The position numbers and the translations under genes are program-made. This document shows positions 50,521-63,670 of a stretch of DNA of 64,000 nucleotides, piece after piece. Positions within the stretch are counted from its first letter, which is position 1, and each line of letters begins with the position of its first letter. Source of the DNA: Octopus sinensis (taxonomy: Eukaryota); NCBI RefSeq assembly GCF_006345805.1, contig NC_043026.1:2604001-2668000 (forward strand), written 5' to 3'. The notes beneath the pieces were generated by a model. The model did not search any database. It was given only the letters and a program-made list of their open reading frames with translations, and had not been told where the DNA came from.

Positions 50521-50882
50521 CGACTACATCTACGAGTTATTTGTATCTTCAGTTTTTTTTTATGTCTAGTGAAATCGCTCCGAGTGTTGATCCGTCTGCT
50601 TCCATGTCCGTCTCTTTCACTCTTTCTGTCTCCGCTTTTCTAACCTGTCTATCGGTCTAAGCTTGTCTGTCCAGCCCTCTGTCAATCTGTCCATCCGTCC
50701 GTCTGTCTATCCATTTGACTGTTCATCAATCTATCCATCCATCAACTTATCTTTCTGGCGGTCTGCCTGTCTCCTTGTCCACACAGCCATCTGCCTGTCC
50801 GTCTGTTGGTCTGTTTGTTGATACATCCGTCTGTCTGTCAGTCTGTCCATACATCCACTTGTCTGTCCCTCTACATAGTTAA

Positions 50883-50946
<64 letters not shown>

Positions 50947-51013
50947 TTCTCTCTCTCTTTCTCTCTAACTGCCTGTCTCTTTCTTTGTCTGCCTCTCTCT
51001 CTCTACATACATA

Positions 51014-51054
<41 letters not shown>

Positions 51055-51369
51055 GTTTGTCGGTCTATCTGTCTATTTTTCTGTCTCTATTTCTATCTAT
51101 CTATATGTCTATATTTATCTGTCTGTCTCTCTGTCTGTCAGTCTCACTCTCTCTCTATCTCCTCACCCACCTGTTCTCCAGTGTACAGGTGTGTGTGCTT
51201 TGAGGTGCTCCATTTCCCCTACCCCTTCTCCCCTCAACCCTCTTTTTCGCTGATTCGTCACTCTGACGGAAATGGTCGCTCTGTAGAACTTTTCATTAGC
51301 TTCTCATGCTGTCTCCTCATTTAGCAACAACAACAAACATCATTTTGATAATACTTCTGGAAAGTCAAA

Positions 51370-52020
51370 TTCAAGAGGGGCGGCTCTCCGATACTGGAAG
51401 CAATTGGTTGAGCAGGAATCTTCAACAATCTGCCAAGCCCAGCTGTAAAGCTTCTTGTATCCTGGTTAGCAGGAACAGTACTTGAATCACACATAGTAGA
51501 CTCCCAAAAGGACTTCTGCTTGGAAGGCATGTAACAGACTTGATAAAGATTTGGCATTCAAACCTTCCACCAACGTTAAAAGTTAAAATATTAAGGAACA
51601 CTGATTGAACCGGACCTTCTCTATGGATCAGAGACCTGGACCTTATTGGCTCTCTTAGAAAAACAACAAGATGGAACATATACCAACCTGCTCAGAAAGA
51701 TGCAGAAAATCAAGGGGAGATCTCACCCAACACTTAGTAACATCTAAGGAAATCTGATACCGATATTCCTCAAGCTAAAGCAGAATTGGCCACAATTTGC
51801 CGGCCTCTATCATCAAGGAGAGAAAGGGATTATCTCATTCCTTTTCCTATGGCATCCCTCTGGAAATGTTTCCCCCAGGAAATTGAAATTTGCAGATACT
51901 ATATCTCAGGACCCAGGACTGGACATTAGGGATCCAAACAGAGCAATGCAGGACCATGTAGAGTGGAAAGGGATTGTCAATGGAGTTCCGACCAACCTAG
52001 GGTCAAACGATGATGATGAT
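51370..52020 (+). mobile_element. Old RTE-clade LINE 3' fragment
   Basis: Frameshifted SHIVDSQKDF..AWKACNRLDK.IWHSNLPPTLKVKILR..LIEPDLLYGSETWTL..DGTYTNLL..QFAG; (GAT)n tail. Confidence 0.75.
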
Positions 52021-52129
52021 GGAGCTTTTGTTGTAGGGGCTCCCTTCCCCAAGATTCTATAATTAAAGCCAGAATCCCTAGACATTCGGCTACTTTGATT
52101 TTTAGGGACCAGGTTGTTATATTCTTTTA

Positions 52130-52315
52130 TCCTCTTATTCTTTTACTTGTTCCAGTCTGGGGCCATGCTGCGGCACCACCTTTTGGCTGAAAGAATTGAC
52201 CCTTGGACTTATCCTTTGCAAGCCTGGTACTTAATCTATTGCTCTCTTATGATGAACCACTAAGTTACAGGGATGTAAACACACCAACATCAGTTGTCAA
52301 GCAATGGTGAAGAGG
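52130..52315 (-). mobile_element. SINE family A, 3' half
   Basis: Reverse complement of the tail consensus. Confidence 0.65.
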
Positions 52316-52407
52316 ATAAATGCAGATACACAAAAAAATACATACATATATATATATATATTTACTATATATATATATATACATACATACATATATATAT
52401 ATATTAT

Positions 52408-52447
<40 letters not shown>

Positions 52448-52453
52448 TATATC

Positions 52454-52497
<44 letters not shown>

Positions 52498-52529
52498 TTA
52501 TATAATATATATATATATATATGTGTGTG

Positions 52530-52576
<47 letters not shown>

Positions 52577-52692
52577 ATATATAGAGCGAGAGAGAGAGAG
52601 AGAGAGAGAGAGCATAAGAAAATGGAGGGGATCAAAAGGTGGTATTCATCAACTTTTAGACATTATATTATGTCAATTTGTTTATTTATTTA

Positions 52693-52869
52693 CTATAATG
52701 ACAATTACAACAACATACATACATGTATGACAAATTATGCTTTACACATAAAAATATATTAATATATAAAGATTACTGGTATATCTTTATACATTAATAT
52801 ATTTAATATCTTATATGTAAAGCATAATTTGTTAAACATGTATGTATATTGTTGTAATTGTCATTATAG
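52693..52869. repeat. AT-rich fold-back palindrome (~80-bp arms)
   Basis: ctataatgacaattacaacaa...aaagat vs atcttta...ttgttgtaattgtcattatag. Confidence 0.75.
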
Positions 52870-52999
52870 GCTAAATGAATTGATATAATTTGGAAGACAG
52901 GACGGAAGCTCTAAACATTTGTAAAGGAAGAAACAGCTGTCAACGAGTGATGTAAGAAGAGAGCAACATTCCAAAGACTCAAGGATGGGTGAGCAGCCA

Positions 53000-53125
53000 G
53001 GACTGGTAAGAAGCTTGCTTCCCAACCACATGGACCCGGGTTCAGTCACAATGTGTGGCACCTTGGGCAGAAGTCTTCTTCTATAGCCTCAGGCCAACCA
53101 AAGCCTTCAGTGGATTTGGTATGAA
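53000..53125 (+). mobile_element. SINE family A head
   Basis: ggtaagaagcttgcttcccaaccacatgg...ccttgggcag..gtcttct.ctatagcc. Confidence 0.7.
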
Positions 53126-53134
53126 GCCATTATA

Positions 53135-53185
<51 letters not shown>

Positions 53186-53539
53186 ATATATATATTTATT
53201 TATTTTATAGAAGGAGCTTCTACAGGACTAGAACTGTTTCATTCAAAAGAATCATCCGGAAGCTAAGTGACAAGAATAGTTTTGACATTTATACATTTAG
53301 GCAGATTTAAAGGGGTGGTGGTGGGGGACTTTTTGGGGTAGGCATGGCACAAACTATCTTTCTTAGGGGGGTGGTCAAAGGAATCAGTGATAAAGTAGAT
53401 AAAAGAGTAAATAGAAGAGTAAAATATATATATATATACTGGATGTCCACTCAGTGGTCATCCCTCTTATATATGTATATATATATATATGTATGTATTT
53501 GCTCGGTCTTCCCTTCTTTGGACCTTTCTTTTTTCTATG

Positions 53540-53572
53540 TTTCTGACGAAGAGCTCCGCTCGAAACGTTAAA
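53540..53572 (+). ncRNA. Minimal type I hammerhead ribozyme, canonical core
   Basis: TTT|CTGACGA|A GAGC TCC GCTC|GAAAC GTT|AAA, within a short element (~53440-53680) between (TA)n tracts. Confidence 0.65.
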
Positions 53573-53689
53573 TCCTGCTTCTTTCTTTCCTTTCCTGAGC
53601 GTCCAATAACACTATACTTGTTCCACGTCCTTGCGTTGTTGTGTTTTCACTTTGTGTCTTCATTTTTGGATTAAACTATATATACTACA

Positions 53690-53761
<72 letters not shown>

Positions 53762-53965
53762 CCACACCGTAAATCCTCGAGTATAATCCCCATTCTTTCC
53801 CAAAATTTAAAGGTCAAATCCCTAGTGCGTACTATATACGAGGTTAAAAATGAAAGATATTTTCCAAGCAATGACCAAACACATATGATTCGGAGCACTG
53901 TAGCCCCCTCTTATGCCATGCGTAGTTGCCTGTTTCTAACATGACATCATGAACTGTTCATCATT

Positions 53966-54365
53966 CTTTTACTCTTTTACTTCTTTCAGTCATTTGACTG
54001 CAGCCATGCTGGAGCTCTGCCTTTAATCGAGCAACTCGACCCCGGGACTTGTTCTTTTGTAAGCCCAGTACTTATTCTATCGGTCTCTTTTTGCCGAACC
54101 GCTAAGTTACGGGGACGTAAACACACCAGCATCGGTTGTCAAGCAATGCTAGGGGGACAAACAGACACACAAACACACACATGCATATATATACATATAT
54201 ACGATGGGCTTCTTTGAGTTTCCGTCTACCAAATCCATTCACAAGGCTTTGGTCGGCCCGGGGCTATAGCAGAAGACACTTGCCCAAGATGCCACGCAGT
54301 AGGACTGAACCCGGAACCATGTGGTCGGTAAGCAAGCTAGTTACCACACAGCCACTCCTGCGTCT
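53966..54365 (-). mobile_element. SINE family A, full length
   Basis: Reverse complement of consensus. Confidence 0.85.
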
Positions 54366-54448
54366 ATTGAACGTGTTTGTTGTAGCACTGCATCCATTAG
54401 TTTGAAAGAAAGCTTTCTACCTGCACTCATTCCTTGTTATCCTTTTAA

Positions 54449-54667
54449 CCCTTTAGTATTTAAACCAGCCATATCCGGCCAAAATGGCTAATCTGTTTTA
54501 TGTTCAAACTGACCAGATCCAGGCTCTCATACCTACCCTACAATGTTATTCTACATTAAGTAATTGCACCATCAAGATCTTGAAGATATGAGATAATGCA
54601 TGATTAATTCAAGTCAATGGGAATCAACAGGCATTATGTTTGATTGAATAATCTGGACACTAAAGGG
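54449..54667. mobile_element. piggyBac-type MITE
   Basis: TTAA|CCCTTTAGT...ACTAAAGGG|TTAA: 9-bp TIR with TTAA target duplication. Confidence 0.75.
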
Positions 54668-55059
54668 TTAATGTTCAGTTTTCCAAGCTCATGTGAGTTC
54701 AACAGAATTTGCTGGAACATATTTTCTACTCGCTTAAAAGCCGCTCTCCGCATGGAATTTTGAGGAAGCTTGTATGGAGCATGAATTGGGTATGTGGCCC
54801 CAAACTAAAATGACCTGAATAGCATGACCTTAATACATCTCTACTGAATATCAGCCCTGGTAATATTTCATCAGAGGTTAAGGGCAAATGGAAACTAATT
54901 CTGTAAGGCAATCATGCTATTGTTCCAGTTCCAAGCTGAATTCCGACTTTTGGGTAATATGTCCAGAATTCTAATCTTGGCATGAAATTAACGAAGGATA
55001 TTTAATTTATCTGCCCCTTCTGACATCATCTGACTTCATCCAACAAATGCAGACCAATA

Positions 55060-55330
55060 TGGTATGGTCCCTACCATTTTCCACTGATACACTCTCTACT
55101 ACCACTGGTATTGTTTACCATTTTCCACTGATACAGTATCTAATGTCACTGGTATGGTTTCTACCACTTTCCACTGATACACTCTCTACTACCATGGGAA
55201 TGGTCTTTTTCACCGATACAGTCTGTATTGGCACTGCTATGGTTTCTACCATTTTCGACTGATAGAGTCTCTGCTGTGACTGGCATGGTCGTAACCATTT
55301 TTCAATATTACAGTCTCTACTACCATTGGT
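55060..55330 (+). repeat. Degenerate ~44-bp minisatellite (~6 copies)
   Basis: Recurrent ggt..ctaccattttccactgataca.tctctact..cactggta. Confidence 0.7.
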
Positions 55331-55597
55331 ACCTTGCTCAAGGATAAAATGCTTTGCCAGGAATTGAACTCATAACCTTATGATCATGATCCATGCACCT
55401 TCACCAACCATGTATTTTCTTTGTGGTAGCACACCTGTTTCTGTCTTCATACCTGATCTTTCCCTCTCTCCGGCCAGGTAACATTGTACTTCCTCTACAG
55501 CAAGACACCTGCATCTGTCTCACTATAACCTTTTCATCATCACCTCCTCCAATGCCTCCTCCCCTCTTAAAAGATTTTGTCTTGCAAGGAACTTGGT

Positions 55598-55890
55598 GAC
55601 CCTGTCAGTGCAGGTGCCACTTAAAAGCACCCAGTCCACACTGTAAAGTGGTTGGTGTTAGGAAGGGCATCCAGCTGTAAAAACCTTGCCAAAACTGACC
55701 TTGCTTGTGTTGGTGCCACATAAAAAGCACTCAGTCCACTCTGCTGGGTGGTTGGTGTTAGGAAGGGCATCTAGCTGTAAAAATCCTGCTAAAGCAGTCA
55801 CAGAAGTCTGGTGCAGGCTTCAGCCTGGCCGGCCCTTCTAGTACTGTCTCATGCCAGCATTCAACACAGACATTAAATGATGATGATGAT
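55598..55890 (+). mobile_element. SINE family D with duplicated core and (ATG)n tail
   Basis: gtggttggtgttaggaagggcatc.agctgtaaaaa occurs twice; ends attaaatgatgatgatgat. Confidence 0.7.
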
Positions 55891-55939
55891 TATATATATA
55901 TGTATGTATGTATGTGTGTGTGTCATTTGGCAGGAGGAC

Positions 55940-56132
55940 TTAAATGACATGCAAAAGTACATGAAGCCCAGTTACAACTACAGTCGGCTATTACCAATAA
56001 AGGTTTTGGTTGCCAATTCTGTACAAGACATTGTAGATCTTTAGCTGGGCTAAATAGTCACATTCGATCACAGCACCAGTAACAGTTAAGCTTCGTGCAA
56101 TGGCCATACTCGATAACGAAGGGGCAGCCATC

Positions 56133-56135
<3 letters not shown>
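55940..56135 (+). mobile_element. RTE LINE extreme 3' end
   Basis: KGFGCQFCTRHCRSLAGLNSHIRSQHQ* (CCHH terminus) followed by an RTE-type 3' UTR ..gataacgaaggggcagccatcat. Confidence 0.7.
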
Positions 56136-56167
<32 letters not shown>

Positions 56168-56655
56168 TGTATGTATGTATGTATGTATGTATGTATGTAT
56201 GTATGTTTGTTTGTATGTATGTATGTATGTATGTATGTTTGTATGTATGTATGTATGTTTGTTTGTATGTTTGTTTGTATGTATGTATGTATGTATGTAT
56301 GTATGTTTGTGTGTGTGTATGTATGTATGTATATATGTTTGTATGTATGTATGTAAGTATGTATGTATGTATGTATGTATGTAAGTATGTATGTATGTAT
56401 TGTGTGTATGTATGTATGTATGTATGTACCGTATGTATGTATAAATGTATGTATGTATGTTTGTATGTATGTATGTATGTTTGTTTGTATGTTTGTTTGT
56501 ATGTATGTATGTATGTATGTATGTTTGTGTGTGTGTATGTATGTATGTATATATGTTTGTATGTATGTATGTAAGTATGTATGTATGTATGTGTGTGTGT
56601 ATGTATGTATGTATGTATGTACGTATGTATGTATAAATGTATGTATGTATGTTTT
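56136..56655. repeat. (TATG)n microsatellite
   Basis: Direct inspection. Confidence 0.97.
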
Positions 56656-56859
56656 GCATTAGTGCATAATTATTGCCGCTTTTTTTCAACAAATTTTATT
56701 CAACAAAAACAACAACAACATTTAACAAAAACATCTTTAAATGATTATTCCGGAGCATATTCACCATCTCCTTCAATTACTGCTTCCCATTTGCTTGGCA
56801 ATGATTATGCACCGGGCCCAATATATATTTATGGATATATATATATGTATGTACGCATG

Positions 56860-57030
56860 TATGTGTGTGTTTGTCTCCCACCGACCATCACTTGACAACT
56901 GATGTTGATGTGTTTATGCCCCCATAACTTAGCAGTTTGGCAAAAGAAACCAATAAAACAAGTACCAGGCTTACAAAGACCAAGTCCTAGGGTCGATTTG
57001 TTCGACTAAAACGTTGTGCTCCAGCATGGC
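56860..57030 (+). mobile_element. SINE family A, 3' half
   Basis: cttgacaactgatg..ggcaaaaga..gtgctccagcatggcc. Confidence 0.65.
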
Positions 57031-57169
57031 CGGTTTTGATGACTGGGTTTCCACTTGATCTGATCAAGGGAACAGACTGCTAGTGAAATTAACATGCCAG
57101 CGGCTGAGTACTTCACAGACATGCATACCCTTAACGTAGGTCTCAGGGGGATTTTCAGCATGACACAGA

Positions 57170-58310
57170 GTGTGCCAAGGCGGCCCCTTTGATTTACAGG
57201 TACAAGCTCATTTTTACCAGCAGAGCTGACTGAAGCAATGTGAAATAAAGTGTCTTGCTTAAGAATACAATCCACTGCCAAAAATCGAACTCACAACTCC
57301 ATGGTCATGAGGCAAATAGCCGAAGCAATAAGTCACCATCACATGGGTTAGATGAATGTATATTATTAACAGCTGGATACCTCTTCTGTCACTAACCCTT
57401 CTTCCTCACAGCAAACGAGCAGTTTGTCCAGCGGAAAACCACCAGCTCAGTCCACAGCATCGGAAGAAACAGCAAATAGAGACCTTCGCACAAACACTCA
57501 TACACGTACGTAACACGATAGACTTCCATGCACTTTCTCTTTGCTGAATATTTTCACAAGATTTTGGTTGACCCCGGGATGGAGTAGAAAAGACTTGCTC
57601 TAGGTGCCATCCAGTGGGGCTAAAGGAGGGATAAAGACTCCCTTCGGTCGTGACTAACCATGGGTTTGCACCTAGAAAGTTACCCTCCCAGGTACAAGTC
57701 CGGGCAAGGTTGTTTATAGAAGTCCAGCAGTCGCCCATGCATACCAGCCTCCTCCTCTCCACACCACTGATGTTATCCAAGGGAAAGGCAAAGGGGCCGA
57801 TACAGCTTGCCACCTGTGACACTGCAACTCATTTCTAAGGCTGAGTGAACGGGAGCAAGATGAAGTAAAGTGTCTTGCTCAAGAACATAACACACAGCCT
57901 GGTATGGGGATTGAACTCACTACCTCATGATTGTGAGCTTGACATGCTAACCACTGAACTATTCACCTTCATGTATATATAAATATATATTGTGTGTGTA
58001 TGTGTTTGTGTTTGTATAAAGGGTAAAGGTCAACCCCACCACCACCACCACCACCACATCGGTCATAAATGACCATTGAATTTAGCCTAGAAAGTTCCCC
58101 TCTGAAGTAGAAGTCCAGGCAAGTTTATTTCTGGAAGACCAGCAGTCGCCCATGCATGCCAGCCACCCCAGTGATGTCGGAACTCATTTCTACAGGTGAG
58201 TGAACTGGAGCAATGTGAAATAAAGTGTCTTGCTCAAGAACACAACACACTGCCCAGTCCTGGGATTCGAACTCACAACCTCATGATTGTCAGCCTAACT
58301 AGTGAACCAA
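57170..58310 (-). mobile_element. Cluster of three family C SINE copies (57170-57300, 57620-57970, 58060-58310)
   Basis: Repeated ctcatttct...gagtga.c.ggagcaa..tgaa.taaagtgtcttgct.aagaa. Confidence 0.7.
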
Positions 58311-58494
58311 ATCTGAAAGTACATAGTTGAGAAGTAAACATCTGAGGCATCCATCCGTGCTCAGGTTTATTGTCATGCAGTGGAATTGAACCAGGAACCA
58401 TCTGTTTAAAAAGTGATCTTCTGAACCACAGTTATGATAAAATAAGTAACACTAATGGCCTTATTATTTCATCATACCACCAACAACCCTAACA

Positions 58495-59010
58495 TCATCA
58501 GCAGCATCATTGTTTTCCATGCTGGCATGGGTTGGACGGTTCGACCGGGGTCTGGGAAGCCAGGAGGCTGCACCAGGCTCCAATCTGATCTGGCAAGGTT
58601 TCTACAGCCGGATGCCCTTCCTAACTCCAACTGTTTCGAGAGTGTAGTGGGTGCTTTTTATGTGCCGCCAGCACAGGAGCCTGTCAGGAGGCACTGGCAT
58701 CAACCACATTCAGATGGTGCTTTTTACAGGGAGCCTGTTCCACCAGCACAGGTGCCAGTCAGGTGGCACTGGTAGGTGGCCAGTCAGGTGGCACTGGCAG
58801 GTGGCCAGTCAGGTGGCACTGGCAGGTGGACAGTCAGGTGGCACTGGCAGGTGGACAGTCAGGTGGCACTGGCAGGTGGCCAGTCAGGTGGCACTGGCAG
58901 GTGGACAGTCAGGTGGCACTGGCAGGTGGCCAGTCAGGTGGCACTGGCAGGTGGACAGTCAGGTGGCACTGGCAGGTGGCCAGTCAGGTGGCACTGGCAC
59001 CAGTCACACT
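58495..59010 (-). mobile_element. SINE family D with internal 25-bp tandem expansion
   Basis: catgctggcatgggttggacgg...ggatgcccttcctaac; unit AGGTGGCACTGGCAGGTGG(C/A)CAGTC x ~9.6 at 58761-59000. Confidence 0.8.
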
Positions 59011-59283
59011 TACGATTTCCCGTTTGATTTCCTCATTGCATGTAGATTTGTTCATCAGCTACAGTTGAGGTCAGGTCAAGAAAATCTTGATACTGGCATC
59101 GTGTAACTCACTTGAGCCTGTTTTAGTTGTCAGGTAGCTAACGAGTAAATCAGCTCCCCCACCTGCCTTGCAGGTGAGGAGGGTGCTGTGGACTTAAAAC
59201 AAGACCTGTCAGAGGATAAATTAGTTCATTGTGAATTAATGGCCATCCATAAGAGTGGTGTCTCTTAAAAGCATCCTACATAA

Positions 59284-60012
59284 GGTGCAGATGTGGCTGT
59301 GTGGTAAGAAGCTTGCTTCCCAACCACATGGTTCCAGGTTCAGTCCCACTGCATGGCACCTTAGGCAAGTGTCTTCTACCTTAGCCTCCGGCTGACCAAA
59401 ACCTTATGAGTGGATTTGGTAGACGGAAACTGAAAGAAGCCTGTCATTTATATATATGTATGTGGTGGGGGGCATGTCTTTGTGTCAGGACTTGACCCCC
59501 CCAGCACCATTTCATAACTGGTGTTGGTTTGTTTTCATCACTGTAACCGTTTGGATGAATATAGGACACACAGAATAAGTACCAGGCCTAAAAAAAAGGT
59601 ACTGGCCTGTGTAGTAAGTAGCTTGCTAACCAACCACATGGTTCCGGGTTCAGTCCCACTGCGTAGCATCTTGGGCAAGTGTCTTCTGCTATAGCCCCGG
59701 GCTGATCAATGCCTTGTGAGTGGATTTGGTAGATGGAAACTGAAAGAAGCTGTCGTATATATATATATATATATATATATAAGTGTGTGTGTATATGTTT
59801 GTGTGTCTGTGTTTGTCTCCCTAGCATTGCTTGACAACAGATGCTGGTGTGTTTACGTCCCCGTCACTTAGCAGTTAGGCAAAAGAGACCGATAGAATAA
59901 GTACTGGGCTTACAAAGAATAAGTCTCAGGGTCGATTTGCTCGACTAAAGGCGGTGCTCCAGCATGGCTACAATCAAATGACTGAAACAAGTAAAAGAGT
60001 AAAAGAGTAAAA
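59284..60012 (+). mobile_element. Two tandem SINE family A copies
   Basis: Consensus heads at ~59284 and ~59605; the second has a complete tail. Confidence 0.8.
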
Positions 60013-60638
60013 GAAGTGCCCCAGAATGGTCGCGGTCTAATAACTGAAGCAAGTAAGAGATAAGGCATAAAATATGGTCTGGTGTAGTGTGCAGTTGCTC
60101 CAAGAGCCATGAAGACTCCGAGGAAAGACAGATCCCCCATGCTGGAGCTGAGGTCCACAAAATGATGTATTATGTCCTGGTTTGTGTCTGTTGTAAATAG
60201 CAACAAGTTCACTTCTGATGACTCGCTGGGAAGTTTTGTAAGATTTTAGTGTAATATCCTCTGTGTTAGTTAGGAGGAAACTGTGAGGAATCCTTCCCTG
60301 TATGCTGATGCATTCTGTTGTTTTGGTACTTGTGCTGGTGGTGTTCGTTGTTGTCATGGCTGCTATCGTAGTAACAGCAGGGGGGGGCGGGGAGATGGTA
60401 TCGTAGTTGAAGAGTAATGGCAGTTAAAAGATGGTTATAGATGTGTTACTACTACTACTACTACTAGTACTACTACTACTACTACTACTAATAATAATAA
60501 TAATACACAACAAGCATTGGCACTATTACCACTGGTACCAATACCACAGTGGCTGCAACATCAAATACTACTAATAGTACTAATAGTACTAATGCTATTT
60601 TCAGTGTCAAGAGATTGATAGATAGCTAGACAGATAGG

Positions 60639-60692
<54 letters not shown>

Positions 60693-60696
60693 CACC

Positions 60697-60732
<36 letters not shown>

Positions 60733-60736
60733 CACC

Positions 60737-60772
<36 letters not shown>

Positions 60773-60776
60773 CACC

Positions 60777-60822
<46 letters not shown>

Positions 60823-60825
60823 GAG

Positions 60826-60857
<32 letters not shown>

Positions 60858-60862
60858 CAGAC

Positions 60863-60915
<53 letters not shown>

Positions 60916-61039
60916 TCATGTACGATCTATGCAGCCGATTTATGTGTATTTGTATGTGTGTAGTACAGATAGATATCTGGGAACAGACAGTCCCTTATTT
61001 ATCTAGATGTATGCGCAGATCGATAGATATATATATATA

Positions 61040-61200
61040 TTCTGTTATTCTTTTGCTTGTTTCAGTCACTTGACTGAGCTCATGCTGGAGCACCACGTTT
61101 TGTTACTGGAACAGATCGAACCCCAGGACTTATTCTTTGTAAGCCTTGTACGAGCAAAAGAGACCTATTCTATCGGTGACTTTTGCCGAACCGCTAAATG
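61040..61200 (-). mobile_element. SINE family A, 3' half
   Basis: cttgtttcagtca.ttgactg...catgctggagcacc...ttttgccgaaccgctaa. Confidence 0.7.
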
Positions 61201-61523
61201 CAAGCATATACACGTTTGTGTATGCGTCTGCGTGTGTGTGTGTGTGTGTGTGGTTTTGCGTGTGTTTGTGTGTGTGTGTGTGTGTGCTTGTGTGTGTTTG
61301 TGTGTGTGTGTTTGTGTGTGTGCGTGTGTGTGTGTTTGCGTGTGTTTGTGTGCGTGCGTGTGTGTGTGTGTATACATAATGTAGATATATATATAAACTC
61401 ACACAGACACACACGCACACACTTTCGTGTAGTATAAACACGTTAAATGTGCTTATGTTTTAGCAAGCCGTACAGAATGAGTTTGAGTGTACCTAAGAGT
61501 GTGTGTGTGCGTGTGTGTGTGTG

Positions 61524-61564
<41 letters not shown>

Positions 61565-61859
61565 GCGTGTTGCAGCCAGCCAGCCAGCCAGCCAGCTGAC
61601 CAGCCGGGGTGATACAGTTGCTTACGTCAGAAGCTGACACAGTGCTTGGGCACGTGACCATCGGCAGGGGAATGAAGGAAGAAAAGAATAAGAGAATTGC
61701 AGAGGGAGGGAAGAAGAGTAAAGGTGGGGGGGGGACGACGACGACTGGCTCCCTCTCCCTCCCATTCTCTCTCTCTCTTATACACACACACACACACACG
61801 TACATATATGTATGGGTGTGTGTATCTATGCATATCTGTCTCCGTGTATATAACAAATA

Positions 61860-61879
61860 TATATCACGGTGCCTACGTT

Positions 61880-61910
<31 letters not shown>

Positions 61911-61916
61911 ATATAT

Positions 61917-61948
<32 letters not shown>

Positions 61949-62370
61949 ATATGTATGTATATATAAATATATATATATATATATATGTATGTATGATATA
62001 TAAATATATATAATATGATGTATGTATGTATATATAAATATATATATATATAAAATATATGTATATATATATAGTATATAAATATATATATGTATATATA
62101 TATGTATATATATATATATATATGTATATATAATATGTATATATATATATGTATATATAAATATGTATATATATATTATATATGTATATAAAATATATAT
62201 ATTATATATATATATAAATATATGTATATATAAATATATATATTATATATATGTATATATAAATATATATATATAAAATATATATGTATTATATATATGT
62301 ATATATATATGTGTATATACATATATGTATATATATTTATTATATTATATATATATATATATATAGTATG

Positions 62371-62417
<47 letters not shown>

Positions 62418-62419
62418 AT

Positions 62420-62462
<43 letters not shown>

Positions 62463-62903
62463 ATATAAATAATATATATATATATATTATATAATTATAT
62501 ATATATATTATATATATATGTATAATATGTATATATAAATATATATATATATATATTATATATATATATATATATTATGTATTATATACATATATATATA
62601 TATATATGTATATATATGTATATATAAATTATATATAATATATATATATATATATATGAATAGATATGTATATATAAATATATATATTATATATATATAT
62701 ATATATTATGTATATATATGTATAATAATATATATATATAAAATATATGTATATATATATATGTATATAATATACATATATGTATATATAAAATATATAA
62801 CATATATGTATATATAAATATATATATATATGTATATATAAATATATATATATATAGTATATATAAATATATATATATATAAATATATTGTATATATATA
62901 TAT
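61860..62903. repeat. ~1 kb imperfect (TA)n tract
   Basis: Direct inspection. Confidence 0.97.
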
Positions 62904-62904
62904 A

Positions 62905-63125
62905 CGGAGTAAACACATAAATGTGAAACAAGGTGGAAAAAAGAGTACTCGAATACCAGTGGTAGAGTATATGCTTTATTTAAAGCAGCAGAAAATTCAA
63001 CAAAACCTGTTACTCTGAGTTTCCTGTTGCCGTTCATTGGACACTAGCAAAAAACTGTCGATGAAACGGCAACGTGAAACTCAGAGTAACAGGTTTTGTA
63101 GAATTTTCTGCTGCTTTAAATAAAG

Positions 63126-63131
<6 letters not shown>
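62905..63131. mobile_element. Small fold-back element with hammerhead-like folds in both arms
   Basis: Arms ~62968-63043 / 63055-63131. + arm CTGT|C-GATGA|A ACG GCAA CGT|GAAAC TCAGA GTA|ACAG; - arm TGT|CCAATGA..GAAAC TCAGA GTA|ACA. Confidence 0.7.
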
Positions 63132-63161
<30 letters not shown>

Positions 63162-63390
63162 TGTATGTATATGCATCTTTATACATATGTATGTGTATTT
63201 TGAATGAGTGTATGTATGCATGTCTATACATATGTGTGTTCATCTATGTACATATATATGTGTATGTACGCTTGTGTACATATATATACATACATACACA
63301 CACATATATATCTATATATATATATGGATGTATATATATTTACATGTATAAATATGTGTGTATGTATATATATAATATATATAATATATA

Positions 63391-63478
63391 TCATCATCAT
63401 CATCGTTTAACGTCCGTTCTCCATGCTAGCATGGGTTGGACGGTTCGACCGGGATCTGGAAGCCAGAAGGCTGCACCA
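63391..63478 (-). mobile_element. SINE family D 3' fragment
   Basis: catcatcatcgtttaacgtccgttctccatgctagcatgggttggacgg. Confidence 0.7.
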
Positions 63479-63670
63479 TATATCTATATATATATATATT
63501 ATAATATATATATATATATAATACATATCTATAATATACATACATACACACATATATATTTATTTATATATAGCATTATATATATTACATGTATAAATAT
63601 GTGTGGGTATATATATATATATATTTATGTATGTATGTATATGTGTATGTATGTATGTGTGTGTGTGTGT

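Noticed and set aside
53760-53845. Tc1/mariner-type MITE end (accgtaaatcctcgagtataa)
   Set aside because: Only a short, poorly matched inverted partner and no clear TA TSD.
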